A DNA stretch of 64,000 bases from Thermoanaerobaculia bacterium (GTDB lineage Bacteria > Acidobacteriota > Thermoanaerobaculia > Gp7-AA8), in contig DATFHJ010000107.1 in assembly GCA_035248585.1 (NCBI GenBank), positions 2,523 through 66,522 of the forward strand. The letters run 5' to 3'. The translations under genes were made by a program, and so were the position numbers. Shown here in pieces: positions 42,584 to 53,100 of this stretch (its first letter is position 1; every line of letters begins with the position of its first letter). Below the pieces are notes generated by a model that saw only the letters and a list, made by a program, of their open reading frames with translations, was not told where the DNA came from and made no database searches.

Positions 42584-43210
42584 ATGGTCTCTTTCATCGC
42601 CGCCGCGCTCCTGCTGCTCGCCATGCCGGGTCCCGCCGTCCTCTACATCGTCACGCGCAGCGCGACGCAGGGACGCACCGCCGGAATCGCGTCCGTCCTC
42701 GGCGTCGCCAGCGGCGGACTCGTTCACGTGCTCGCGTCCGTGGCCGGTCTCTCGCTCCTCGTCGCCCGCTCCGCGACGGCGATGCAGTACCTCCGCTACG
42801 GCGGCGCGCTTTATCTCTTCTACCTCGGCGTGCAGAAGCTGCGCGAAGCGCACGCGCCGGACAGACAAGAGTGTCTGTCCTCCACCGCGAGCTCGTTCTG
42901 GCGCATCTATCGCGACGGCTTCGTCGTCAACATCCTCAATCCGAAGACCGCGCTCTTCTTCCTCGCCTTCCTCCCGCAGTTCATCGACCCCGCGGCCCCC
43001 GCGGCGCGGCAGGTGCTGGTGTTAGGCATGCTGTTCGTGACGATGGCCGTCATCACCGATTCCTGCTGGGCCTTCGCGGCGAGCTCGATCACGAATCGCG
43101 TCAAGAGCCGCTTCGCGCTCGGACGCCGCACGGCCGCGTACTCGGCGGCCGCGGTGTACATGGGGCTGGCAGCGACGGCGGTGGTGACAGGTCAGAAGCG
43201 CCCGCTCTGA
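42584..43210 (+). CDS. LysE/RhtB-family amino-acid exporter
   Basis: Six hydrophobic segments with the family blocks PGPAVLYIV and GFVVNILNPKTALFFLAFLPQF. ATG at 42584 (track start is the TTG at 42578). Confidence 0.8.
   Translation: MVSFIAAALLLLAMPGPAVLYIVTRSATQGRTAGIASVLGVASGGLVHVLASVAGLSLLVARSATAMQYLRYGGALYLFYLGVQKLREAHAPDRQECLSSTASSFWRIYRDGFVVNILNPKTALFFLAFLPQFIDPAAPAARQVLVLGMLFVTMAVITDSCWAFAASSITNRVKSRFALGRRTAAYSAAAVYMGLAATAVVTGQKRPL
42859..42885. repeat. Family B palindromic element, half copy with compensatory stem change, in frame inside the LysE-family CDS
   Basis: GGACAGACAAGAGTGTCTGTCCTCCAC compares with the canonical GGACAGGCAGGAGTGCCTGTCCTCCAC. It encodes DRQECLSST in the central loop. 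Confidence 0.7.
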
Positions 43211-43980
43211 AAATCGAAGAATGCCTGGCGCAACTGCTCGGGCGTGTTCATCACGAACGGACCGCGCGCCGCGACCGGCTCGCGCAGCGGCGGGCCGGCC
43301 CAGAGGATCGCGTGCAGCGGCGTTTCGGCCGCGACGGTGATGGTTGAAGGCGCATCGTCGCCATCGCGGCGCTCGAACCAGACGACCTGGCCGGCCTGCG
43401 CGGGATCGGCCCGGCCTTCGATGATGTAAAGAAACGCGTTGTGATCGGACGGGAGCTCGTGCGATGCGGAGGCGCCCACCTGAAGGCGCAGCTCGATCAT
43501 CGTGATCGGGAGATGCTGCACGGACGGCTGGAAGTAGCGCAGCAAGGCGCCGTCTTTCTCCTCAGACGGCATTTGCCCGCCGCGCAAGTCTTCGTAACGC
43601 GGCTCGGTCATCTTCAGCCGCGCCGGCAGATTGATCCAAAGCTGCAGCGTGTGCGCGCCGTCCGGTCCCGCCTCTTCGCTGTGCACGACGCCGCGGCCGG
43701 CGGTCATCCACTGCGCGTCGCCGGGACGCAGCACGCCGCGTCCGCCGTGATTGTCGGCGTGCTCGACTTCGCCTTCAAGCACGAACGTGACGGTCTCGAA
43801 GCCGCGATGCGGGTGGTCGCCGAACGTGCCGCGCGGGAACCAATCCTCCATCAGAAGCAGGAACGGGTCGTACTCCTCCCAATGGCCCGGCTCGAGCAGG
43901 AGACGCACGCGATGGCGCGCGTTCATGCCGGGCGCGAGCGTCGTGTCCGCCACTCGGCGGACTCCGCGATTCCAGCTCAT
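43192..43980 (-). CDS. Pirin-family bicupin protein
   Basis: HPHRGFETVTFVLEG, GDAQWMTAGRGVVHSE and LQLWINLP blocks. The start was set at ATG 43980 (MSWNRGV). Confidence 0.9.
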   Translation of the reverse strand: MSWNRGVRRVADTTLAPGMNARHRVRLLLEPGHWEEYDPFLLLMEDWFPRGTFGDHPHRGFETVTFVLEGEVEHADNHGGRGVLRPGDAQWMTAGRGVVHSEEAGPDGAHTLQLWINLPARLKMTEPRYEDLRGGQMPSEEKDGALLRYFQPSVQHLPITMIELRLQVGASASHELPSDHNAFLYIIEGRADPAQAGQVVWFERRDGDDAPSTITVAAETPLHAILWAGPPLREPVAARGPFVMNTPEQLRQAFFDFQSGRF

Positions 43981-44020
43981 CGTGGTCGAGAGGTTGCAAT
44001 GCAGGGGCCCTGGAGGAACT

Positions 44021-44353
44021 ATGGCTACGCAGAGAACATCCACTACACGCAAGCGCGCCGCGAGCAGCAGCGGGCGTACGTTGCGGAACGTTGTGACGAC
44101 GGCGGCGGCGACGGAGACGCTGGTCGATCTCGTCGATCGGCTGGGCCTCGTCGACCTCGCGCTCGGACATGTGAAAGCACGCATCGAAGAAACCGACATC
44201 GACGAGCTCTTCGACGACGTCGCCAACTATCTGAAGCGCAATCCGGAAGTGCTGGTCGTTTCGCTCGGCGCGTTGACCGTGGCGACGGGGCTGCTCGTGT
44301 TCATGAACGCCCGGCGCGAGTGGGACGGCGCGGAGAGGCGCAAGGCTAGCTGA
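44021..44353 (+). CDS. Hypothetical small protein (110 aa) with a C-terminal TM segment
   Basis: GGAGG lies 6 nt upstream of the ATG at 44021. Codons are GC3-rich, with hydrophobic LVVSLGALTVATGLLVF near the C-terminus. No motif recognised. Confidence 0.45.
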   Translation: MATQRTSTTRKRAASSSGRTLRNVVTTAAATETLVDLVDRLGLVDLALGHVKARIEETDIDELFDDVANYLKRNPEVLVVSLGALTVATGLLVFMNARREWDGAERRKAS

Positions 44354-45518
44354 CGAAGTGCGGCGTCTCGGCGCCGGCGGTCATCGGCTCGAAGACGTCG
44401 AGCCGGATGCGCCGCTCGCGTACCGGCAGGCGCGGGCCTTCGGGCACGAGCGCCGGCGAGACGTCGATGCCAACGGTCTTCCACGCCGCGAGCACGGCTT
44501 CCTGCGGCGCGCTGCCGGCGCCGAAGAGCGCGCCCGCGGCGCGCCAGGTCGCGTCGGCGCAATGACGGAACTGTGCGCGCGGACCGAGGTCCCGCGTAAG
44601 CGCGTGGTACCAGATGCGGCCCGCGGTCTCCCACGCCCGTCCGCCGAGGAGCGTGGCCGTGAGGTAGAAGGCGTGATTGGGGATGCCGCAGTTGACGTGC
44701 ACTCCGCGGTCGTCGCCGGCGGTGCGGACGTAGCCGCGCATGTGATCGGGCTGCGGATCGGTGCCGAGGACGGGATCGTCGTACGCGGTGCCGGGCGCTT
44801 TCAGCGAGCGAATGCCGTCGCCGTTCACGCGATTCGTGAAGAGCCCGGCGCCGACGATCCAATCCGCGCGCGCGGCGCTCTGGCGCGACCAGTACTGCTT
44901 CGCGAGCACGCCGAAGACGTCGGAGAAATGTTCGGCGAGCGCGCCGGCCTGCCCGCTGTACGCGAAGCCGGCGGTGTATTGGGAGACGCCGTGCGTGAGC
45001 TCGTGCGCGATGATGTCGAGCGCGCTGGTGAACGAACGGAAGTACTTGCCGTCGCCGTCGCCGTAGATCATCTGCCGCCCGTTCCAATGCGCGTTGTTGA
45101 ACCCGTCGCCGAAGTGGACGGAGGAATCGATGCGCAGCGCGTGATCGTCGACGGAGCGGCGGCCGTAGACGCGGCGGAAGAAATCGTACGTGCGGCCGGC
45201 GCCGTCGTAGGCCTCGTTCACGGCCGTATCGCGCGTCCGCGGCGCGCCTTCGCCGCGGGCAATGACGCCCGGTAAATCGCGGTCGTGTCGGGCGTCGTAG
45301 ACCGTGCGCCGTTTGCGGAGCGGCGGAAGAATCACGGGACCGGCGATCATCACCAGCGCGGCGCGCTCGGTGCGCGGCTGCAGCGACCATTCGAGCGCAG
45401 CGATCGCGCGGCGGCGATCGTCGTCATCGCCGCGCTCGGCCAGAGTCTGCAGCATGTGCGGGGGCACGATGCTGCACAACGCACCGCGGTGGGGTTTCAT
45501 GCTCGGGATGCGAGGCAT
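44346..45518 (-). CDS. M4 (thermolysin-family) metalloprotease of the protealysin-like subgroup
   Basis: IIAHELTHGV (HExxH), AGALAEHFSD and GVHVNCGIPNHAFY are present. The short N-terminal propeptide carries CSIVPPHML, typical of protealysin-like enzymes. Confidence 0.85.
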   Translation of the reverse strand: MPRIPSMKPHRGALCSIVPPHMLQTLAERGDDDDRRRAIAALEWSLQPRTERAALVMIAGPVILPPLRKRRTVYDARHDRDLPGVIARGEGAPRTRDTAVNEAYDGAGRTYDFFRRVYGRRSVDDHALRIDSSVHFGDGFNNAHWNGRQMIYGDGDGKYFRSFTSALDIIAHELTHGVSQYTAGFAYSGQAGALAEHFSDVFGVLAKQYWSRQSAARADWIVGAGLFTNRVNGDGIRSLKAPGTAYDDPVLGTDPQPDHMRGYVRTAGDDRGVHVNCGIPNHAFYLTATLLGGRAWETAGRIWYHALTRDLGPRAQFRHCADATWRAAGALFGAGSAPQEAVLAAWKTVGIDVSPALVPEGPRLPVRERRIRLDVFEPMTAGAETPHFVS

Positions 45519-45570
45519 CGTATCGCGAGTGCAGGCGAGTGCGCATCGGGCAATGATGGTGCCCTAACGG

Positions 45571-45640
45571 GTGGAGGACAGGCACTCTTGCCTGTCCCGA
45601 ACGAAGGACAGATGGACAGGCAGGAGTGCCTGTCCTCCAC
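45571..45640. repeat. Family B double-hairpin palindromic element, second full copy
   Basis: GTGGAGGACAGGCACTCTTGCCTGTCC...GGACAGGCAGGAGTGCCTGTCCTCCAC, located between the M4 protease start and the stop of the downstream-most paralogue. Confidence 0.85.
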
Positions 45641-45641
45641 T

Positions 45642-47849
45642 TCAAGGCTCGATCGTCACATCCACCGCCGCGGTCTTGTAGTGCGTGTCGCAGTGATTGG
45701 AGTAATGCAGCTCGAGGCGCACTTTGCCGGGCTGGCTGATGGTGTCGGTGAACGTGGCGGTGCATTGGCCGTTCGTGCAGCCGTTCAACGTGACGTTGCC
45801 GGTGCGGTCGGCGATCACGCTCCAGCCTTCGACATTGCCGAGGGTGAAGCGCACCTTCACGGACGTATTCGTTTTCATCGTCGGCGAGTCGGCGCGGTAG
45901 TCGGTGACGCTCGACGGCGCCATGCAGAGCACCGTCTCGTACGAATTCGACGACGAGCAGGCGCCGTCGGCGTACATCGTTGTGGCCTGCACCTTCACAT
46001 CTCCCGCCTGCGGCACGCTGTACGTGATCGCGGATGTGCCTTGCCCGCTGAGCACCTGTCCGGCGGGAAGCACTTCCCACACGAGCTGCGCGCCGGGAGG
46101 GACGTAGCTGAGCGCGGCCTGCCCGATCGCGTTCGCGCAGACGACGCGCTGGGTCTTCGACGTATCGATCCGCGCCGGCGGACGATAGCTGCTGACGGTG
46201 GTGCGCACCGGCACGAGCGCCTCACATTGGCCGGTGGCCGCACGCGCGATCTCGTACGTCTTCGTATCGCCCACCTGCAGCGACGTGTCGTAGCGTCCGT
46301 GGATCGGAATGTCGCTCGACGTCACGACGCCGTCCGACCACCACACCTTGTACGGCGGCTGATGCATGTTCGAGTCGAACACCACCGTCACCGTCGGACC
46401 GACTTCCGGCCGCGGCGCAGAGTACTGACAGTAGCGGTCGACCATGCGCGCGACCGGCGCCGGCTGCAGGATCTGCACGGTCTCGCTCACGGCGTCGTTC
46501 GTCGGGCAGCGCGAGTCGCGCAGCACTTCGAGCTGATAGGAGCCGACGGCGGGATTGTCGATCGTGAGCTGCGACTCGCCGGTCGTGAACCACTCGCCGC
46601 CGCGCCACTTGCCGGTGAACGGCGCCTGTCCGGTGAACTTCGCCACGACCTTCGCGTTCGTGCACTTGCCGCCGGCGGTCTCGAGCTTCACGCCGGGAAG
46701 ATAGCGCTCGTACGGCACCGCGCCCGTGACCGTGCCGGGGCACGCGTCGTCGCTGAAGTCGTACAGCGTGTACGTCCCGGCCTTCGTCACCTCGCGCGTC
46801 AGCGTGTCGGCGGACGAGGTGAACGGCGTGCCGCTGTCGCTCCAGCGCGCGCGGAACGGCGCGCGTCCGGTGAACGTGACCTTGAGCGTGGCGCGATCGC
46901 AAGTCTGCTCGACGAGCTCCACTTTCGCGCTCGGCGTCACCGGACAGGCCTCGGAGCGCGGTCTCACGCCGACACTCGCCGTCGACTCGGCGAAGCACGC
47001 CGGCTCGCGCTCGACGCGCACCGTCAGCTTGACCGTGCCTTCCTGATCGGCGCGCAATCGAACGCGATCGCCTTCGGCGAAGAGAATCGTCGCGCCGGTG
47101 GCGCTCCAGTGCGCGGTCTCGCCCGAGCCGAGGATCGTTGAGGCGTCGAACGTCATCCCGGCGAACGTCGACGTGGGCGCGTTGATGCGCGGGCGCGCGA
47201 CGAGGCAGCCGCGCACTTCGACGCTCACGCTCGCGCGCGCGTCGGGACACGCGGTCGCGCCGACCGTGCTCCGTCCCGCGGAGCGGCGCTTGCCGCCGGT
47301 GGCAGGCTGCGTGGCCGCGGCGGCGGTCGCGTAGCTCGCGAACAAATCGATCGTCTTCACGCCGCTGCTCTGCGGCGTGAACGTGTAGCTGCGCTCCGAC
47401 GCGGAGAGCACGACCGGCTCCGGCAATCCATCGCCGCTCAATACCTGCGACGCCGGCGGAGTCGTGCCGCCGTAGCTCCACGTCAGCGTGACCGGCGCGT
47501 TTTGATCGACCGAGGCCGGCGCGCTTATCGAGGCGATGACGAGCGGATCGCGCACGCTGATGATGCCGGTGACGACGCTCGTGCAGTCGTGCGTGGTGAT
47601 CGTACAGGTCAGCGATGCCTGCGCCGCATTCGTGAGCGCGATCTCGACGCGCGGCGTGCCCGCGCCGGCGGTGATCGTGCCGCCCGCGACGGTCCAGCTG
47701 TAAATCGCGTCCGCGAGCTCCGGCACGGCGGCCGTGGCCTTGCCGTTCCTGCACGCGAAGAGCGGCGCCGACATCGTCTTCGGGCAGTCGTTCGCCGCGG
47801 CCAGCGGATGCGCGAGAAGCAACGCGCACAAAAGGAGCGAAGTCTTCAA
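45642..47849 (-). CDS. Secreted Cys-patterned Ig-like repeat protein, paralogue 1 of 3 (735 aa)
   Basis: The TTG at 47849 overlaps the upstream stop (TTGA) and gives (M)KTSLLLCALLLAHPLAAA. It is colinear with paralogue 2. Repeated modules include FTG(R/Q)APF..(R/K)W..G..FT and LSGQGTSAITY. Confidence 0.75.
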   Translation of the reverse strand: MKTSLLLCALLLAHPLAAANDCPKTMSAPLFACRNGKATAAVPELADAIYSWTVAGGTITAGAGTPRVEIALTNAAQASLTCTITTHDCTSVVTGIISVRDPLVIASISAPASVDQNAPVTLTWSYGGTTPPASQVLSGDGLPEPVVLSASERSYTFTPQSSGVKTIDLFASYATAAAATQPATGGKRRSAGRSTVGATACPDARASVSVEVRGCLVARPRINAPTSTFAGMTFDASTILGSGETAHWSATGATILFAEGDRVRLRADQEGTVKLTVRVEREPACFAESTASVGVRPRSEACPVTPSAKVELVEQTCDRATLKVTFTGRAPFRARWSDSGTPFTSSADTLTREVTKAGTYTLYDFSDDACPGTVTGAVPYERYLPGVKLETAGGKCTNAKVVAKFTGQAPFTGKWRGGEWFTTGESQLTIDNPAVGSYQLEVLRDSRCPTNDAVSETVQILQPAPVARMVDRYCQYSAPRPEVGPTVTVVFDSNMHQPPYKVWWSDGVVTSSDIPIHGRYDTSLQVGDTKTYEIARAATGQCEALVPVRTTVSSYRPPARIDTSKTQRVVCANAIGQAALSYVPPGAQLVWEVLPAGQVLSGQGTSAITYSVPQAGDVKVQATTMYADGACSSSNSYETVLCMAPSSVTDYRADSPTMKTNTSVKVRFTLGNVEGWSVIADRTGNVTLNGCTNGQCTATFTDTISQPGKVRLELHYSNHCDTHYKTAAVDVTIEP

Positions 47850-50077
47850 GGCGTCACCGTGAATGAGACTGACGCGGGCGGCGGATTTCCGTTGCAGTGT
47901 CCGCCGTAGAAGATCTGCACCGTGACATTGCCCGGGCCGTGCGTGTCTTTGAACGGGAACGAGCAGACGCCCTGGAGGTTGCAGCCGCCGTGGATCATGT
48001 CGATGTCGCTGTCGCGCGCGGGGTCGGTCGTTTCCAGCGAAAAGAACTCGACGTCGCCGGCGAGCGTGAACTTGATCGTGGTCTGCCCGCCGGCCGGGAT
48101 CGACGCCGGCTCGGCGACGACGTTCGTCACTTGCGGCGGAACCGCGACGTAAACGCCGATGCTGTCGGTTCGCGCTTCGGAACAATAGCCGTCGGGGAAC
48201 GTGGCCTGCACCGCGACGCGCGCGGTCCAGCCGGGCTGCGTCGCTTTCACCGTGATCTCGCGCGTGCCCTGCCCGCTGAGGATCTCCGCGTTCGTCGCCG
48301 ACCACGTCAGGATCGTGTCGGGATGCAGCGGCGCGTTCGCCTGCAACGCCACCTTCATCGTTCCGTTCACGCAGGTCGTGACATCGGTGCTGTCGATCCG
48401 CGGCGCGGGCCGATACGTGAGGTTCACGACTTTGTCTTTCACGACCGCTTCGCAGCTCGCGTCCCACGCGCGCGCGATCTCGATCGTGTCATCCCACTTC
48501 GTGCTGAGGAAATCGCGCAGGACGAACGGCCAGCCGCGCTGCGTCTGCGTCGACACCACGCCGTCCGACCATTGCACCGACCACGGTTCCCGATCGCTGG
48601 TGAAATTCACTCTCGCGTAGCCGGGCGTCGAGGAGATGCAGACCGGGCCCGGATCCATCCAGGTCTCCGGATGCGCGCGGAGGTAGATCGTGTTCGACGT
48701 CACGCCTTCGCCGCCGTCCGGACAGTACGCGTCCGTCAGATGCTCGACGAAGATCGACGACCAGCCGATCGGCACGTCCATGGTGAGCGTGGAGTCGTTC
48801 GTGTCGAACCATTCACCCGGCAGCCAGCGTCCGCGGAACGGCGGCTTGCCGGTGAAATGCGCCGTCACGGTCGCGCCTTCGCAGGCGTCGTTCGTGGTGA
48901 GGACGACGGTCGGGTTGAAGGCGTCGACGTGCGCGGTGCTCGTCACTTCGCCGGGGCATTGCGCGTCGCTGAAGCCGAGGATCGTGAAGTCGCCGGTGCT
49001 CGTGATCTCGCGCGTGAGCGTCGTGTCGAAGGTGGTGAACGTCTTGCCGTCGGACCACGTGCCGCGGAACGGCGGCGCGCCGCTGAAACTCGCCTGTACC
49101 GTCGCGCTCTTGCATCCGCGTCCGACGAGCGACACGTTCGCCTTCGGCGGATTCGTCGTACAGGCCTGCCGCGGTCGCACGCGCAAGGTCGAATGCGATT
49201 CGACCGAGCAGCTGTTCGCGCGCGCGACGGTGACGCCGAGTTGCAGCTCGGTGACGAGATCGTCGGGGACGACTTCGACCTCCGCGCTCTCCGCGCCGTT
49301 GACAATGGTTCCGCCGGTGACCGACCACGAGGCGCTCTCGCCCGCGTCGAGCGTGACGTGCGCGGAGAAGGCGACGCCGCTCTCCACGTCACTCGCGGCG
49401 TGAATCGTCGGCCCGACTGCATTGCAGCGCACGTTGAGCTGTTTCGTCGCGTGCACTTCCGCGCAGTTCGCGGCCGTGACGAGCGTGGAGCCGGCCGCGC
49501 GGCGGCGGCCGCCTTTCGGCTGCGGGACCGTCGCGATGACGGGCGCATGCGAGGCGATCAGCTCGACCGTGCGCGTGCCGCCCGCGTTCGGCGTGAACGT
49601 GTATTTGCGTTGATCCGCCGGAACGCTGACCGGCGCCGGGAAGAGATCTCCGGTGAGCACCTGCGACGCCGGCTGGCTGCCGGCCGCGTAGGTCCATTCG
49701 ATCGTGACGCTCGATCCCGCCTCAACGGATGCCGGCGCTTTCAGCTCAACGATCGACAGCGGCTTGCGCACGTTGATGATGCCGCTCGCGGTGCGGCTGC
49801 ACGAGCCGCTGCTGACGATGACGCTGAGCCGCGCGACCGAGGACGATGCGTCGCCGAGAGTAACGGTGACGCGCGAAGTGCCCTGGCCGCCGGTGATCGT
49901 CGCCGACTCCGCCGTCCACGCATACGTCGCGCCTTCGACGGGATTCACGGACGCGGTGGCGGTGCCGCGCTCGCACGCGTAGAGCGGGACCGACATCGGC
50001 AGCGGCTCGCAGGCGGCATTGGCGACGAGCGGAACCGACGCATAAAGAAAGGACACGACTGCCAGAAAGATGCGCAT
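47846..50077 (-). CDS. Secreted Cys-patterned Ig-like repeat protein, paralogue 2 of 3 (743 aa)
   Basis: Signal peptide MRIFLAVVSFLYASVPLVANA. Modules include SFSGAPPFRGTWSDGKTFTT, HFTGKPPFRGRWLPGEWFDT and ILSGQGTREITV. Confidence 0.8.
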   Translation of the reverse strand: MRIFLAVVSFLYASVPLVANAACEPLPMSVPLYACERGTATASVNPVEGATYAWTAESATITGGQGTSRVTVTLGDASSSVARLSVIVSSGSCSRTASGIINVRKPLSIVELKAPASVEAGSSVTIEWTYAAGSQPASQVLTGDLFPAPVSVPADQRKYTFTPNAGGTRTVELIASHAPVIATVPQPKGGRRRAAGSTLVTAANCAEVHATKQLNVRCNAVGPTIHAASDVESGVAFSAHVTLDAGESASWSVTGGTIVNGAESAEVEVVPDDLVTELQLGVTVARANSCSVESHSTLRVRPRQACTTNPPKANVSLVGRGCKSATVQASFSGAPPFRGTWSDGKTFTTFDTTLTREITSTGDFTILGFSDAQCPGEVTSTAHVDAFNPTVVLTTNDACEGATVTAHFTGKPPFRGRWLPGEWFDTNDSTLTMDVPIGWSSIFVEHLTDAYCPDGGEGVTSNTIYLRAHPETWMDPGPVCISSTPGYARVNFTSDREPWSVQWSDGVVSTQTQRGWPFVLRDFLSTKWDDTIEIARAWDASCEAVVKDKVVNLTYRPAPRIDSTDVTTCVNGTMKVALQANAPLHPDTILTWSATNAEILSGQGTREITVKATQPGWTARVAVQATFPDGYCSEARTDSIGVYVAVPPQVTNVVAEPASIPAGGQTTIKFTLAGDVEFFSLETTDPARDSDIDMIHGGCNLQGVCSFPFKDTHGPGNVTVQIFYGGHCNGNPPPASVSFTVTP

Positions 50078-50139
50078 AGGGGAAGGGACCTTGCGGCCAT
50101 CGTGTCATGCGATGGCCGCAAAGTCCAGCCTAACAACGG

Positions 50140-53100
50140 CTAAGGATTCGCCGGAGCGATCGTGATCGTGGCGGTCGATTCGACGGACTGTCCGCACAAG
50201 GTCGTGCCGTACGCGCGGATCGTCGACGTGCCGGGACCGTTCTCCGAAACGTACCGGAGCATGAACGTCTGACCATTCGAGTCGACCGGGTACAGCGGAT
50301 CGCCGTTCGACGTCTCCCAGCTCAGCGACTCGTAGGACGAGGCGTCGAACGTGATCGTGACGTCCGTGCCGTCGCCGGCCGTGATCGTATCGGAGGCGAG
50401 CGCGATCGCCGGATTCGCCGCGGGTCCGGGCACGAAGATGCCGGACGATCCCGTGACGTTGCTCTCGCAGCCGTCGGCGGTGCGATAGAACGCGCTCAGG
50501 GCGATCCCGCCCGGCTCCGTGGCTTCCACCACCAGCGCGCTCGTCCCCTGTCCGCTGACGATGCGGCCGCTCGTGCCCTGCAGGCTCCAGAGGATTTCCG
50601 CGCCCGCGGGCGCCCCCTCGGCGGTCACGGTCGTCGTCGCGCCGGGACAGAGGAGGTACGTCGTGTTGATGGAGAGCAACGGCAGGACCGGCGTTTCGAC
50701 ATAGATTTCGTTGCTGAAGCTCGTCAGGCCCGTGGCGTCGGTGAGCCGCAGCCGGAGGTAGCGGGTGTTGCGCACGAAATGCGTGACGGTCGTGTCGCTG
50801 GTGGTGAACGTCTCGCCGGTGTCGCTCCAGGCGCCGGTGAACGGGGCCACGCCGCGGAGCGTGGCTGTGACGGTGGCGCCGCACATCGCGCCGGGTGTCG
50901 AGGTGAGCGTCGCGGTCGGCGGCACGGGGAAGACCGTCATCACGGCCGTCGCCTCGAACGGCGCTCCGCACGTGGTCGTGCCGTAGATGCGCACCGTCGA
51001 GTCGCCCGGGCCGTGCGAGCTCGTGTAGCGTACGAGGTAGAAGGTCGGCGTGATCTGGCTGACGATCTCCATCGCGTCGCCGAGGGAATTCTCGAACGCC
51101 CACGTTTCGGTGTTGGGATCGAGGCTCACATAGATCTCGGTCGACGAGCCGGAGTAGACCCCGTACAGCTGGAAGTTCGGCTGCTGCACCGAGTCGATGA
51201 CGTCGAAGAACCAGAAGCCGTCGGGGCTGCAGCTCTCGGGAGTGGTGAAGTACGCGGTGACGTTCGCATCGACGCCGTCGAGCTGCACCTGGACGCTGTC
51301 CGTGCCCTGGCCGGAGAGGATCGTGGCGTTCCAGGTCATCCACGTGATCGCCGCACCCGGAATCGGATTCGCGATCGTGGCCGTGACGACGCTGTTCGGG
51401 CAGGCCGGACTCTGGCTGGAGATCTGCGGCCGGGGCAGCGGCGCGTAGTCGTACGTGGCGGAGCCGTTGATCGAGCCGGCGCCGTTGGCGTCGCTGAACT
51501 CGGTCAGCGTGTACGTGCCGGGCGCGGTGGGATAGAGGAACGCATACGAGTCCCATCCGAAGAAACTCTCGCCCGTGCTCCAGCGCCCGCTGAACGGCGG
51601 CGTGCCGGTGAATTCGGCGAAGACCGCGTTGTCGCGGCAGCTCGAGCCGATGAGGCGCACGTTCGCCCGCGCGATCACCGGGATGCTGGCGTCGATCGTG
51701 AGCGTCGCCGTCACGGTCGCCGGCTGACTGCAGGCGTTCGAGGATTCCGCGGTGATCGTGGCGACGCCGGGGCCGCTGCTGGAGCGGTACTCGTAACGCG
51801 TGACCGTGCCGTCGTCGTCGAGGAACTGCAATGTGTCGAAGGGCAGCGAGGAGTAGACGCCGCTCGAGCGGCCGTAAGGATTGAGTCGCGTGACGCTGAC
51901 GACGGCAGTTCCGCCGGGACCGATCGTCGCCGGCTCGACGGAGACGCTGATCTCCGGCGTACCGAGAGTCGTAATGTACGGGATCGAGCCGGGCTGCGAG
52001 GTGCAGCCGTCGGTGATGTTGCGCAGCACGGCGGTGAGCGGCGACGGACCGGGGGCGGCTCCGCTGAACTGCACGGCCGGCGTGCCCTGTCCCGAAAGGA
52101 TCGTGCCGTTCTGGATGCTCCAGACCACTTCATAGCCCGCCGGCACCGGCGTGAGCACCTGCGCGCCGCGCACGAGGCCGGGGCAGGTGTCGTATCCGTA
52201 ATATCCGCCTTCAGCGATCGGATCGACGTCGATGAACGGAACCGGCGGCGCGGCGCTCACGGTCGCGCTGCCGCTCGACGTGCCGACGCAGTTCGCATCG
52301 CGGAAGAACGTGATGCGGTACGTGCCGGCGCGCGTCACGCTGCGCTCGATGTGCGGATCGTTCGTGACGAACGTGACGCCGTCGCTCCAGCGTCCCTGGA
52401 ACGGCGCGGTGCCGGTGAAATCGGCGGCGACGATGCCGGTGCCGCACGACCCGCTCACTTTGCTCACGACCGCCGCCGCGTTGCACGGCGTGATCGTGTA
52501 CGAGCGGCTGAACGTCTTCGAGCAGGCGCCATTCGTCAGCGCGACGTTGATCGTGAACGAGCCGCTCGCCGGCGCGAGGACCACGATGAACGCCGGCGTG
52601 GTCTGCAGCACGATCGCGCCGCTGGCGGTGAACGTCGCCGTCTCGTTCGGATTGGGATTCATGAGAGTGAGGCGGAACGTGGTGTTCGGCACCGGCTGCG
52701 CGGGACTGCTCTGCAGCACCGGCTCGGCGATGGAGCACGGTTGCACGATCGCCACCGCCGCGCCGGTCGAGACCTCGCACGAGCTCCCGCGCGAGACGAA
52801 AACCTCGATGCCTACGCTGCCCGAGGCGCCGGCCACGATCTGGATCGCCGCGCCGCTGGTCGCGGACGGAGCACCGTTCGTGACCACCCAGCGAGCGGTG
52901 TGACCGGGCTCCAGCTCGATCGAGGCGTTGATCGTTTCCCCCGGCGCAACCGTGGTCTTGTCGACGGTCAGAAACGGAGTGACGACATTGCACTGCTTCA
53001 CGTGGTACTTCCGCGTGAGGCTGAACGTGCCGCACTCCGTCACCACGGTGAGCGTCACATGCTTCTCCCCCGGCAGTTTCGGCACGTAGGAGTAGCTGAG

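Noticed and set aside
44227-44470. Emfourin-type protealysin inhibitor gene expected downstream of the M4 protealysin-like protease
   Set aside because: No co-directional ORF follows the protease stop at 44346. The space is occupied by a convergent plus-strand small gene, and the minus-strand ORF 44227-45390 is an Arg-rich out-of-frame artefact.
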